From: Planktothrix sp. GU0601_MAG3
GTDB lineage: Bacteria > Cyanobacteriota > Cyanobacteriia > Cyanobacteriales > Microcoleaceae
Direction: 5' to 3'
Assembly: GCA_035193785.1 (NCBI GenBank)
Contig: CP136572.1
Coordinates: 2,196,578 to 2,260,577 of the forward strand
DNA length: 64,000 nucleotides
A program made the translations under genes and the position numbers. This document shows positions 1 through 10,974 of this stretch, piece after piece. Under the pieces are notes generated by a model that saw only the letters and a list, made by a program, of their open reading frames with translations, was not told the origin of the DNA and searched no databases. How positions within the stretch are numbered: the first letter of the stretch is position 1; every line of letters starts with the position of its first letter.

Positions 1-1163
1 GAATTTAGGGCAAGCCTTGGCTCAACAACAGCAATGGCAAGAAGCTCTGAGGCATTATCATCAAGTTTTAGAACTCAACCCTTACCAAGTCGATACCTAT
101 TTGGGTTTGGCATCTGTCCAAGAGCAACTAGGCGAAACCGAAGAAGCCTTAGCCAATTATCGTCGAGCTTGTGAACTTGAGCCCAATTCTATTGCTTATG
201 AACGCTTAACAGCAACGTTACGAAAATTACAGCGTTGGGATGAATTAGTGGGTCTGTATTATCATCTATGTCAGATGAATCCTAACTCTGCCGAACTTTA
301 TTATTCTTTAGGACAGGCATTAACAAAACAGCAGCATTGGCAGAAGGCTGTCACCGCTTTCCATCAAGCTGATGAACTCAATCCCAATTCGGCACCGATC
401 CTTCATCATCTGGCTAATACCCTAGCTCAACTGCATCAATGGTCAGAAGCCGTTGAGATTTATCGAAAAACCGTTGAATTAGCTCCTGAGTCAGCCGAAG
501 TTTACCATCAATTTGGCCATGCTTTAGCTCAAACTCAACAGTGGGAGGAAGCAATTGCTTCCTACAAAAGAGCTTGTGAGATTTATCCTTCTTCTGGGAT
601 TGTATATTTCCATTTAGGACAAGCACAGGCTTCTTTGTATTTGTGGGAGGATGCGATCGCATCTTATAAACAGGCATTGGAAACTATTACCAGAACAGTC
701 TGTTGATATAGAACCACAATTAGAATCTGCATTGCAAAAACAGCGTCAGTTGCAGGATGCAATTTTTTCTTATAGTCTGAGTCATGACTTTAAAAGCGGT
801 TCTTCTGAGGGTTATGAGGATTTAGGTCAAGCCTTAAGGCAGCAGGGAGAGACAGAAAAAGCGATTTCAGCCCTTCATAAAGCTTGTAAGTTGAATCCTA
901 ACTCGGCGGTAGCTTACCATCGCTTAGGTCATACCTGGTCTGCCATGGGACGTTGGGAACAAGCGATCGCTTGTTATCGTAGAGCTTGTGAAATTTATCC
1001 CAGTTCACCTATTATCTATTGTCATTGGGCTGAGGCCTTGGAAAATCAAGGGCTATTGCAGGAGGCCTTGACTTATTATCAAAAAGCAATTAGTTTGCAA
1101 CCTGATTTTGATATGGCTTATGAGGGGATTAGCCATGTTGCTGCTAAGAAAAAAGCCCGTTAA
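1..1163 (+). CDS. TPR-repeat protein (5' end outside window; frameshift near 690)
   Basis: ORFs 17-706 and 651-1163 both consist of TPR units (A..Y..A.EL.P.S...Y..LG). Confidence 0.85.
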
Positions 1164-1285
1164 GCTGTTAAGCATCTAAATAGGGTATGGGATCATCGGC
1201 AAACCCTTGTACTGCGTTGGCAAAGCCCCGCGTTAGCAGCGCTTCTTTGCTCACTAGAATCGGTGGTTTAAATGGGTAACAGCTT
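1162..1285. mobile_element. Putative MITE with imperfect 19-bp terminal inverted repeats
   Basis: AAGCTGTTAAGCATCTAAA ... TTTAAATGGGTAACAGCTT; no ORF; left end overlaps the TPR stop codon. Confidence 0.55.
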
Positions 1286-1338
1286 GGCTCTGAATATGAA
1301 TCATTCGGTTAAGACTGGCTTCCCAGTTTTAGAGTAAT

Positions 1339-1379
1339 CTAGTTTCTGGTCAAATATTGAATCCTTGACCAGAAACTAG
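1339..1379. terminator. Hairpin between convergent TPR gene and exbD
   Basis: Perfect 15-bp inverted repeat CTAGTTTCTGGTCAA / TTGACCAGAAACTAG. Confidence 0.55.
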
Positions 1380-1435
1380 CCCACTTTACCGGAGAATTTT
1401 TTGATCTGACGGGGTTGTTGCCCTGTCATGTCAGA

Positions 1436-2131
1436 TCAAAAGCTTCTTTGTCCTTGACCATCGGAGGGAATATTATTTCCAGAAGCAGGAATTTGAGGAG
1501 CAAAGGGATTAGCATTATCCGCCTGGGGACTTGAAGGAGTTAATACCGGACTATCCTGAGCCGGAGAATTGTTGGGAAGGTTAGGTAAAGTCGGAGGTAA
1601 GGGAGAAATCGGAGGCAGCATATCCCCTGAATTGGGGGTTGTGGGGGCAAAAGGTGGGGTGAGATTAGCCGGATTTGGGGGTGTTACCGTAGGATTTAAC
1701 GGATTTGCTGGGGGTTTGATTTCCTGGGAACTGGGTAATGTAGCCAGGGCGACCCGTTCTCCGCCAATTGCTCTCAAACGGTCTAAAACGCTGACAACAT
1801 CATTATAACGGGCTTCTTTCGGGGCATAGAGTACAATTAATCCACTGGGATTCCAACGTCGAAATCGTAATAATGATCGGTCTAGTTGATCTTGATTAAC
1901 GGGCTGTTGCTCAATATAGGTTCGTCCGGCGGTATCAATTCCCACAATTAACATTTTTTGCATTTGGGTTTCCCCGGTACTGGCTTTAGGCAAATCTACA
2001 TTAATCGCCTGTTGACGAGTTAATTGTAGGGATGCCAAAATAAAGAAAGTGAGAATACAAAACACCACATCAATTAAGGGAATTAACTCTATTCTGGCTT
2101 CATCTGCGATCGAATCTGTTCTAATTTTCAT
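1436..2131 (-). CDS. exbD: Biopolymer transport protein ExbD/TolR with Pro-rich C-terminal tail
   Basis: IELIPLIDVVFCILTFF TM motif, DLPKAST, YNDVVSVLD; directly downstream of exbB. Confidence 0.9.
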   Translation of the reverse strand: MKIRTDSIADEARIELIPLIDVVFCILTFFILASLQLTRQQAINVDLPKASTGETQMQKMLIVGIDTAGRTYIEQQPVNQDQLDRSLLRFRRWNPSGLIVLYAPKEARYNDVVSVLDRLRAIGGERVALATLPSSQEIKPPANPLNPTVTPPNPANLTPPFAPTTPNSGDMLPPISPLPPTLPNLPNNSPAQDSPVLTPSSPQADNANPFAPQIPASGNNIPSDGQGQRSF

Positions 2132-2198
2132 AAAAATTTTGTGATTAATGTTTTAGATTTTTATCGGATAAAATAGTAATCCTATCCGTTGAAAACAT

Positions 2199-3006
2199 TT
2201 ATTGCTCCTCATCCAAAGACTCAGATTTTTTTACGGGTTTAGCTTTTTTTTCTGGTTCGGCAATAGAGTTATTATTGTCTTCATCTATTAGAGGAAATTT
2301 CAAAAGAGGTTCATTGATTTCTTCTGCTTCTTCTGCTTCTTCTTCCTCCTCGGCTTCAGGAATTTGTAACTGAGATTTTGCATAAGGCCAATTCTGACGA
2401 TACATCAATTCCAATTCGTTTCCGGCTTTGCGAAATATTTTGGCTTGACCGAACATTAACCCCTGAAACAATCGATAAAATGCCAAACTAATAATCGCCA
2501 CAATTAATCCGGTTGCGGTTGTAATTAAGGCTTCCGCAATCCCCAAGGTCACATCCGCAGAAGATGAAGTGCCAATATCACCCAAACGAATAGAACCCAG
2601 GGAGTTAATTAACCCTAACACAGTTCCCAAGAGTCCCAACAGAGGGGCCATGGCAATCACCGCCTCGAAAATTTTATCGCCCCGACGCATAAAGGCTAAT
2701 TCTTCATCCGCCGACGCTTCTAGGGCCAAACGAAAAAGTTCCGGGTCGGGGGACTCCAACCGCAGGGGCGCATAGAGAAAACGTCCCATTGGTTGATTGC
2801 TAGATTGTTTCGCAATTTGATGGGCCTTTCCCCATTGTCCCCGTCGGGCTGAGTCAATGACTCGGTTCACAATTTGTTTTTCTTTGGTCAGGGTCGTACC
2901 CCAAAACCAAATCCGTTTCTATGACCACACTCATCGACAGAATGGACAAGATCAGCAACGGCCACATTGCTGGCCCACCCTTGGCAAAAATCTCTTGAAT
3001 ATTCAT
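2199..3006 (-). CDS. exbB: MotA/TolQ/ExbB proton channel protein (frameshift near 2915)
   Basis: [18 protein letters not shown] start at 3006; [14 protein letters not shown] and [13 protein letters not shown] motifs. Confidence 0.9.
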
Positions 3007-3299
3007 CGAACTCGCACAACCTCCTAAAAACTTCACCCCTACAACTGTATTAGATGTATAGGTCATTTGGCGAACAAAAAGCCAAACCCTTTCAATTTTG
3101 CCATTTTCACAGGGTGAATCGCTAGGGGTTGTGTCCTCAAGTTATCTATTACCGCGATTTAATTCCAGAGAATATAGGTTTTTAGAGTGAATATAATAGG
3201 CTCATAACAACGTTCAGATATTTTATTTATGGGGTTTTTATTCGTTTATTTAACTCTGGATTAAAGTTGCACCTCTATGATTTTGCTTGGCGATTTTTT

Positions 3300-3335
3300 A
3301 TCAAATCACCCTTGAGAACGTTAGGGTGATTTGAT
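3300..3335. terminator. Hairpin downstream of mutS
   Basis: Perfect 13-bp inverted repeat ATCAAATCACCCT / AGGGTGATTTGAT. Confidence 0.5.
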
Positions 3336-3379
3336 TTTAATAACTAACAGCCTAACCCCATTATAAACTATTTTAGAAA

Positions 3380-6044
3380 TTAATCCTCAAAAATATCTAA
3401 CTGTTCTACAGAATCATCTTTTTTGTCCTGTTTCTTAATTCCTTTTCTCAATCCCATGGCAATTTTACTATGCTTTTCAATTTGACGCATAACTTGTTTA
3501 GCCCGTTGAATTACAACATCCGGTAAACCCGCTAACCGTCCGGCTTCAATTCCATAGGATTTATCGGCGCCTCCGGGCTGAACTTGATGCAAAAATATAA
3601 TTTTATCGGGTAATTCTTTCACGGTAACTTGATAGTTAGCTACATTGGGAATAATTGAAGCGAGTTCATTTAATTCATGGTAATGGGTGGCAAAAATTGT
3701 CCGAGAACGAATTTCTGTGGCTAAATATTCCGCCACTGACCAAGCAATTGATAACCCATCAAAGGTAGCTGTCCCACGACCAATTTCATCTAGTAAAACT
3801 AAGGATTTAGGTGTCGCATGATTTAAAATATTAGCGGTTTCATTCATTTCTACCATAAACGTTGATTGACCTGTGGCTAAATCATCTACTGCTCCAACTC
3901 GGGTAAAAATGCGATCGCAAATTCCTAATTTAGCCGATTTAGCTGGAACAAAACTTCCCACTTGAGCTAATAATTGAATTAAGCCCACCTGTCGTAAATA
4001 ACAACTTTTGCCACTGGCATTTGGCCCGGTTAAAATAATTAAATCGGGGTGAGCATAGGGTTTAATTCCTGGGGTTTCTGACCCTTCTTCCTGACTTCCC
4101 AACTGAGCCGTATTCGGAACAAAAAACCCCGGGGGTAAGGATTTTTCCACCACGGGATGGCGACCTTCAATAATTTTAACTTCTCGACTATCTACCATTT
4201 CGGGACGACAATAACCTTGATAAACTGCAATATCTGCTAACCCAGATAAAACATCAATTGCAGCTACCGCCCGCGATACATCTCTAATCAATTCTGAGTG
4301 TTCTCCCACTTCTAATCTTAACCGCAGAAAAATCTCATATTCTAATTGGTTTAAATCGTCTTTTGCGGTTAAAATTCTGGCTTCTCGTTCCTTTAATTCC
4401 GGGGTAATAAATCGTTCTTCATTGGTTAAGGTTTGTTTCCTAATATAATCATTGGGAGCTTGATCTAATTTAGATCGTGTTATACTAATATAATATCCGA
4501 AAGATTTATTAAAACCTACTTTTAAAGTAGAAATTCCGGTGCGTTCCCGTTCTTGTACTTCCAAATTTGCTAACCATTGTTGATCGGCTTCTGCTAATAC
4601 CCGCAGCCCGTCTAATTGTTCATCCATTCCTGACCGAATAATTCCCCCTTCTTTCAAGTGTTGGGGCGGGGAGTCTACTAAATAGGATTGAATTTTATGG
4701 GCTAATTCTTCTAAGACGGGAGGGACGGTTTGTAGAGCTTTTAAGTAGGGAGAATTACCCCGACTGACTAAAACCGATAATTCCGGCAATTTGGCTAAGG
4801 AATCGGCTAAAGCCACTAAATCCCTGGCATTTGCCGTGCCATTTCCCGCCCGTCCCGTTAACCGTTCTAAATCGTAAATTTGCCGGAGTAATTGCTGTAA
4901 CTGATATCTTAATTCGTGGTTTTCAACTAACTCTTGAATTGTATCGTGACGCGCTCGAATTCCGCGCAGATCTAATAGGGGTTGTAATAGCCAACGACGC
5001 AACGCCCGACCCCCCATGGCGGTGCTAGTTTTATCTAAAGCCCATAATAAAGACCCGTGTAACGTCCCATCCCGAACGGTTTGGGTAATTTCTAAATTGC
5101 GGCGACTTTGATAATCTAAGATTAAATAATCGGTAATAGTATAGGTACGCAGTCGTTGTAGGGGAACTTGATTTTGCCGTTGAGTATCTTCTAAATAATC
5201 TAATAATCCTCCGGCGGCTCGCACTCCTAGGGGTAAATGATCACAGCCTAAACCTTCTAAAGAACGCAGTTGAAATTGTTCTAAAATTTGGTTTCTGGCT
5301 TCGGCTAAACTAAAGGGAAATTGCGATCGCAGGGAATAACAAAAACAATTGGGTAAACAATCGGGTAACTGATTGGATTTTTCCCCAGGACGTAACATTT
5401 TTCCTAAATCTGGGGCATTAATTGGAAACAACACTTCCGACGGTTGCAAACGCATTAACTCCTGGGTTAGTTGTTCCAAATTTTGGGATTGGGTGGTTAA
5501 AAATTCCCCCGTAGAAATATCAGAATAAGCCAACCCCCAATGATCTCCAGCAATCACAACTGCTGCCAAATAATTATTTTTACGACCCTTGAGCATTCCG
5601 TCATCCGTCAAAGTTCCAGGGGTTAAAATCCGGGTAATTTCTCGACGCACTTGGCGTTTTTCCCTAGCCGCAATTTCCGCATCTTCGACTTGATCACAAA
5701 TCGCCACCGCATAGCCCTTTTCTAATAGCATGGTAGCATAGCGTTCTACTGCATGATGGGGAACACCCGTCATCGGAACTCGTCCGATTTCTTTGCCCGC
5801 GTGTTTTGCCGTTTGCACTAATTCCAATTCTTGCGCTATTGTGATAGCATCCTGAAAAAAACACTCAAAGAAATCTCCCACCCGAAATAATAGTAAGGCA
5901 TGGGGATATTGTTCTTTGACTTCGATATAGCGGTGCATCATTTCTGATAACTTTTCCCGGTCAAGCTGGCGATAGTCTGCATTGGGCGGAAGCGAATTTT
6001 CGGGAAACTGAAGGTGTAGAGGACGCACTGGGAGGAACGCTCAT
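3380..6044 (-). CDS. mutS: DNA mismatch repair protein MutS (ATG at 6044 probably separated by a 5' frameshift; ORF track starts 6028)
   Basis: [10 protein letters not shown] mismatch-binding motif, TGPNASGKS Walker [23 protein letters not shown]. Confidence 0.97.
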
Positions 6045-6134
6045 AGTTTTTTGAAGATGCAAGCCAGGACTAACTTTTAAGACTTTAGCGCGTTTAGTAC
6101 CTTTCTGCCAACAGGTAGCACTTTGGCATAAACT

Positions 6135-8069
6135 TTGACTTATGAAAATCTTCGCCTATCCCAGTCGTCAGACTGTGTTTTTCAAGTGAGAATTGATCGT
6201 ATTTTATCTAAAAACCTAGCTTTTCAAGTCGCTGGTATTTACGCCTTTCTCGGTAGTATTTGGATTTTTTCATCCGATCAACTACTGCAATTTGTTGCAT
6301 CTAATACCCAATCTTTGATTCTTATTTATAATATTAAAGGAGGATTTTTTATTGTCATTACGACTACTATCCTCTACTTTTTTGTGCGGTTAGGAACTCA
6401 TCGTTTGGAGAATTCAGAACAGCGATATCGAAGTTTATTTTCTGCCCATCCCCAACCGATGTGGGTTTATGATCTCAAAACCCTTAACTTTCTAGCGGTT
6501 AATGAAGCCGCCATTCAACATTATGGCTATTCAGAGGCCGAATTTCTTTCGATGAAAATTACAGAAATCCGACCTCCTGAAGAAATTCCACAACTCTTAG
6601 AAAGTCTATCTAAAATTCAGATGGGATTGAATCGAGTGGGACTTTGGCGACATCACAAAAAAGATGGTACATTAATCAGTGTAGAAGTAACGGGTCATAC
6701 TTTAGAATGGAAAGGGCGATTTGCTGAAGTCATTCTCGCAGAAGATATTACGGAACAGCTACAAACTAAAACCCAATTAGAACACTATGCTTTTAGTGAT
6801 TTACTCACCGGATTAGCCAATCGTAGTTTATTATTAGAAAACCTACAATTTGCGATTAATTACCCCTTCAAAAAATCTAATAATTTTGCAGTTTTATCCT
6901 TAGATATTGATCGATTTAAGCCCCTAAAATATGCCTTTGGTCATGCCTTGGCAGAACAACTATTAATTGCCGTTGCCGAGCGTCTTAAAACCTTTGTTAG
7001 TCCCCGAGATATCGTTGCCCGAGTCGGAACCGATGAATTTGCAATTTTATTTACTGATATTGACGATTATGATATTTTAACCGAAAAAATTGAACGAATT
7101 CATGCTGCTTTAGATTTTCCCTTTCGGTTAGATATGGTGACGATTTCATCGGCGACCAGTATTGGTGTGGTTTTAGATGATTTCCAGAGTCAACGTCCAG
7201 AAGATTATCTACAAGCCGCCGATACTGCTATGTATTATGCCAAACAAAAAGGACGAGGAACAACGGTATTTTATGAACCTACCATGGCAAAAGTTGTGGC
7301 GGAACATCTGCAATTAGAAGCGGATTTACAACGGGCAATTGAGCGTCAACAACTGAGTTTAAATTATCAACCGATTGTTTCCTTAGTAACTCAAAAAGTG
7401 GTGGGTTTTGAAGCCTTAGTGCGTTGGCATCATCCCCAACGGGGGTTTGTCTCTCCAGTCCAATTAATTAGTTTAGCTGAAAAAGCGGGGTTAATTGTCT
7501 CCATGGGACAATGGGTTTTATCCCAAGCTTGTCAACATTTATTAGAATGGCAAACCCAGTTTCCTGATTTATATGTGAGTGTTAATCTTTCGGAAATTCA
7601 GTTAAGACATCCGAGTTTAATTCAGGAAGTTAAACGGGTTTTAGATTCTTTAGAACTTCCTCCTTTTAGTCTAAAATTAGAAATTACAGAGAGTAGTTTA
7701 ATGGAGAATATCAATCATGCAACCGGATTATTAGAACAGTTAAAAGCTCTCAAAATTCGATTGTTAATTGATGATTTTGGCACGGGATATTCTTCCTTGA
7801 GTTATTTACAAAAGTTGCCCGTAGATACCTTAAAAATAGATCGCTCCTTTGTCCAAAATATCGAAATTGAAAATAAGGATTTTGAGATTGCTAAAACTAT
7901 TGTTAATTTAGCTCATAGTTTGGGCTTAAAAGTTGTAGCAGAGGGACTTGAAACCTCACAACAAGTTAAAATTTTTCAGCAACTTGGCTGTGACTTTGGA
8001 CAGGGATATTTATTCTCTCCTCCCCTAAACCCAACGGAGGTGATAAATTTTATTAACCAAAATCATTGA
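6135..8069 (+). CDS. Membrane-anchored PAS-GGDEF-EAL protein
   Basis: Two N-terminal TM segments, PAS, DLLTGLANR, GTDEF, EALVRW, DDFGTGYSSL. Confidence 0.92.
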   Translation: MTYENLRLSQSSDCVFQVRIDRILSKNLAFQVAGIYAFLGSIWIFSSDQLLQFVASNTQSLILIYNIKGGFFIVITTTILYFFVRLGTHRLENSEQRYRSLFSAHPQPMWVYDLKTLNFLAVNEAAIQHYGYSEAEFLSMKITEIRPPEEIPQLLESLSKIQMGLNRVGLWRHHKKDGTLISVEVTGHTLEWKGRFAEVILAEDITEQLQTKTQLEHYAFSDLLTGLANRSLLLENLQFAINYPFKKSNNFAVLSLDIDRFKPLKYAFGHALAEQLLIAVAERLKTFVSPRDIVARVGTDEFAILFTDIDDYDILTEKIERIHAALDFPFRLDMVTISSATSIGVVLDDFQSQRPEDYLQAADTAMYYAKQKGRGTTVFYEPTMAKVVAEHLQLEADLQRAIERQQLSLNYQPIVSLVTQKVVGFEALVRWHHPQRGFVSPVQLISLAEKAGLIVSMGQWVLSQACQHLLEWQTQFPDLYVSVNLSEIQLRHPSLIQEVKRVLDSLELPPFSLKLEITESSLMENINHATGLLEQLKALKIRLLIDDFGTGYSSLSYLQKLPVDTLKIDRSFVQNIEIENKDFEIAKTIVNLAHSLGLKVVAEGLETSQQVKIFQQLGCDFGQGYLFSPPLNPTEVINFINQNH

Positions 8070-8141
8070 AATAACCGCCCTAAATGTTCCGAACAAAACC
8101 GTTAAGATAAAAGAGGAAGTGGAGTAATCATTAAACATCCC

Positions 8142-8823
8142 ATGGCAAGAGGCGACCAAATCTATATTTTTCGGGAATTTTGGAACCTGGAGGGTTTATA
8201 TGAACATCATGGCATTGATTGTGGCGATGGTACTGTGATTCATTATCGCAAACCCAGCGAAATTATTGAACGGACTTCCATGGAAACTTTTTCCAGGGGT
8301 CAAAAGACTTATGTTCGACAGTATCCCATTCGTTATATTGCGGATACTGTGATTAACCGCGCCCAAAGTCGTTTAGGAGAAAAAAAATATAATCTCTTGT
8401 TTAATAATTGCGAACATTTTGCGACTTGGTGCATTACTGGGGAGAGTAAAAGTCAACAGGTTGAGCATTTTATTCCCCTGCTTCGTGATATTAATATTGA
8501 TACCTTATCTGAGCCTTTGAAACAAGCTTTTATGGGTAGTCAACCTCAAGATGCTAACCGACTTTTAAATCAAGCACTAGGGGAAATTCGCGTGGCTTGG
8601 GATGACGTTTCATCCTCAGTATAAACAAGCCCTGGATGAAATGAATTCTTGGAATCGAGTGGCGATGGAAGCCTTAAAACGAAATCGAGAAGATTTAGCA
8701 AAAGAAGCCATTAAGCGAAAACTTAATGCTAAAAAACGAGCCACGGAATTAGAGAAAAGTTTGGAAAAGTTAGCCACGATGACTCAAAATCTATTGCAAA
8801 ATCAAGTGGATAATAGGGAATAG
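8142..8823 (+). CDS. LRAT/NC-domain (permuted NlpC/P60) protein with C-terminal PspA-like coiled coil (frameshift near 8610)
   Basis: YEHHGIDCGDGTVIHY and YNLLFNNCEHFATWC motifs; second ORF WNRVAMEALKRNREDLAKEAIKRK. Confidence 0.8.
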
Positions 8824-9171
8824 GGATCGCGGATTTAGGAGGATTTCGCGGATTTCACGGATTTGAATCTGTGTTAATTTGCGTAATCCCCTTAAATCCG
8901 TGATTGGGGATGGGTGATAAGCTGATACAAAAAACCTTAGACGGATATTGTCTAAGGCTTTTTTGCAGATATAATATTTTTAACTGGGGCGAAGGGAATA
9001 GGGATCGCGGATTTAGGAGGATTTCGCGGATTTCACGGATTTGAATCTGTGTTAATTTGCGTAATCCCCTTAAATCCGTGATTGGGGATGGGTGATAAGC
9101 TGATACAAAAAACCTTAGACGGATATTGTCTAGGGCTTTTTTGCAGATATAATATTTTTAACTGGGGCGAA
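8815..9171. repeat. 178-bp tandem duplication, 2 copies, one mismatch seen
   Basis: Copies start at 8815 and 8993; differ at TCTAAGG/TCTAGGG; each ends in ACTGGGGCGAA. Confidence 0.92.
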
Positions 9172-9233
9172 AGGATTCGAACCTCTGGATGTCGGGACCA
9201 AAACCCGATGCCTTACCACTTGGCGACGCCCCA
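9162..9233 (-). tRNA. trnQ: tRNA-Gln(TTG)
   Basis: Reverse complement TGGGGCGTCGCCAAGTGGTAAGGCATCGGGTTTTGGTCCCGACATCCAGAGGTTCGAATCCTTTCGCCCCAG; anticodon arm TCGGG-TT-TTG-GT-CCCGA. Confidence 0.97.
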
Positions 9234-9423
9234 TTGCTTCACAGTTATTAATATTAGCACCACCTACCCGGTATTTGTCAAGGGTTTTTACTAAAAATTT
9301 TTCAGCATTCTTGAATAATTCTCTGAAACTATTAATATATAAGCCTTTCAGTCATTCTGCTCTTGGTATTGATTCTCAATGTGAGTCAGAATAAAGAGAA
9401 TTGATTTTAGGCCTTTATTGCTT

Positions 9424-9874
9424 ATGCTTCGTGATCGGCTCTTAACAGAGTTGTTTGTTGTGGTTGTTGTGCGTTTCTGACAACCGCTTTTTATTGATTC
9501 AGGAGGTCACGAGAAACAGTCCCTGGTATTTTCCAGGGGGACGAGTGGAAGCGGATGAAACCTTTGCTGCTGCGGCTCAACGGGAAACCCTGGAAGAAGC
9601 GGGAATTCCCGTCATCCTGGAGGGGATTTTGAGAATTCAGCATCTCCCCCATCCTACGGAAAAGTCCCGTCTGGGAGTCTTTTTTTTGGCCCGTCCTGAA
9701 GGTAACACTCAACCCAAAAGTCAACCAGATCAAGAAAGTTTAGGCGCGAAATGGTTTACTTTAAAGGAATTAGAAGAATTACCCTTAAGATCTGAATTTG
9801 TAAAAACGATTATTTCTGAAGTTTTAACCCAGGTGGAAATTTACCCCTTACAGTTAATTATACCCCAAAATTAG
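9424..9874 (+). CDS. NUDIX hydrolase (frameshift near 9475)
   Basis: Nudix box GGRVEADETFAAAAQRETLEEAG; upstream ATG gives MLRDRLLTELFVVVVVR. Confidence 0.88.
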
Positions 9875-9943
9875 GGAGTGAATAGAACTATAATTTCACT
9901 AAATCCCCCATCGAAAGATTTAATTTTATAAGTCAAATTACCC

Positions 9944-10825
9944 TTAACTATCGGCTTCTTTATAGGCTCGAATCATCGCCTGTGTCCCTTGATTTTCCCC
10001 TAATCCTTGGTCTAATTTTTGGACAATTTTAAATAGATGATCCGCTAATTCCGTACCCGGTAAAGCGGGATCGGAATTGAGAGTTTCTTGCACAATTCTG
10101 AGGTCTTTGAGGATATGTTTAATCATAAAACCCGGTGCAAAATCACTATTAGCGACTTTTAATCCTAAATTTGATAAAGCCCAAGACCCGGCGGCTCCGG
10201 TACTACAAATTTCAACTACTAAATTTGGATCAATTCCTTGTTTTTCGGCTAATAATAGGGCTTCACAAATGCCAACCATATTTAAAGAAGCTAAAACTTG
10301 ATTACATAATTTGACGGCTTGACCACTCCCCACTTTTCCACAATAACGAATTGTTTTTCCCATGGTTTCTAATAGGGGTTTTGCCGTTTCAAAGGTGTTT
10401 TGATCCCCTCCAACCATAATGGTTAATGTGCCGTTTTTTGCCCCAATATCACCTCCAGAAACCGGAGCATCTAAAAACTTAATTTGATGGGGTTCAAGCT
10501 GTTGAGCAATATGGCGGGCGGCTTCTGAACCAATGGTACTAAAATCTATAACAATTGCCCCGGATTTGGCAAAATGAACCACACCTTTTTCGCCTAATAT
10601 CACGGCTTCCACATCGGGAATATCGCTAACACAGGTAAAAATAATATCGACATCTGTAACGGCTTCTTGAATAGAAGAAACAATATTAGCACCCGCTTCG
10701 GATGCTATTTTAACACCCGGACGATCGCTTGTTCGATTCCAAGCCTTAACGGAATATCCTGACGTCGCGAGGTTGGCAGCCATGAAGCCACCCATCACTC
10801 CTAAACCTAAAAATGCTGTTTTCAT
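9944..10825 (-). CDS. Beta-hydroxyacid dehydrogenase (3-hydroxyisobutyrate dehydrogenase / tartronate semialdehyde reductase family)
   Basis: FLGLGVMG Rossmann motif, DAPVSGG, GSGQAVKLCNQ, KDL. Confidence 0.92.
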   Translation of the reverse strand: MKTAFLGLGVMGGFMAANLATSGYSVKAWNRTSDRPGVKIASEAGANIVSSIQEAVTDVDIIFTCVSDIPDVEAVILGEKGVVHFAKSGAIVIDFSTIGSEAARHIAQQLEPHQIKFLDAPVSGGDIGAKNGTLTIMVGGDQNTFETAKPLLETMGKTIRYCGKVGSGQAVKLCNQVLASLNMVGICEALLLAEKQGIDPNLVVEICSTGAAGSWALSNLGLKVANSDFAPGFMIKHILKDLRIVQETLNSDPALPGTELADHLFKIVQKLDQGLGENQGTQAMIRAYKEADS

Positions 10826-10974
10826 TTTCCTATTTTATTAAGTAGTTGCACAAAATAAATTACCTAGTTGGGAGAGGGAACACCGGATCTGGGTGGAGGA
10901 TTTATAATTAATTTTGTTTAGGTACTTAGCATAATTCTTGACTCTGTTTTGTCCTTCGGCCATATTCGGTTGGG

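Noticed and set aside
8815..9233. Prophage or island at tRNA-Gln
   Set aside because: No integrase or cargo between the duplicated ends
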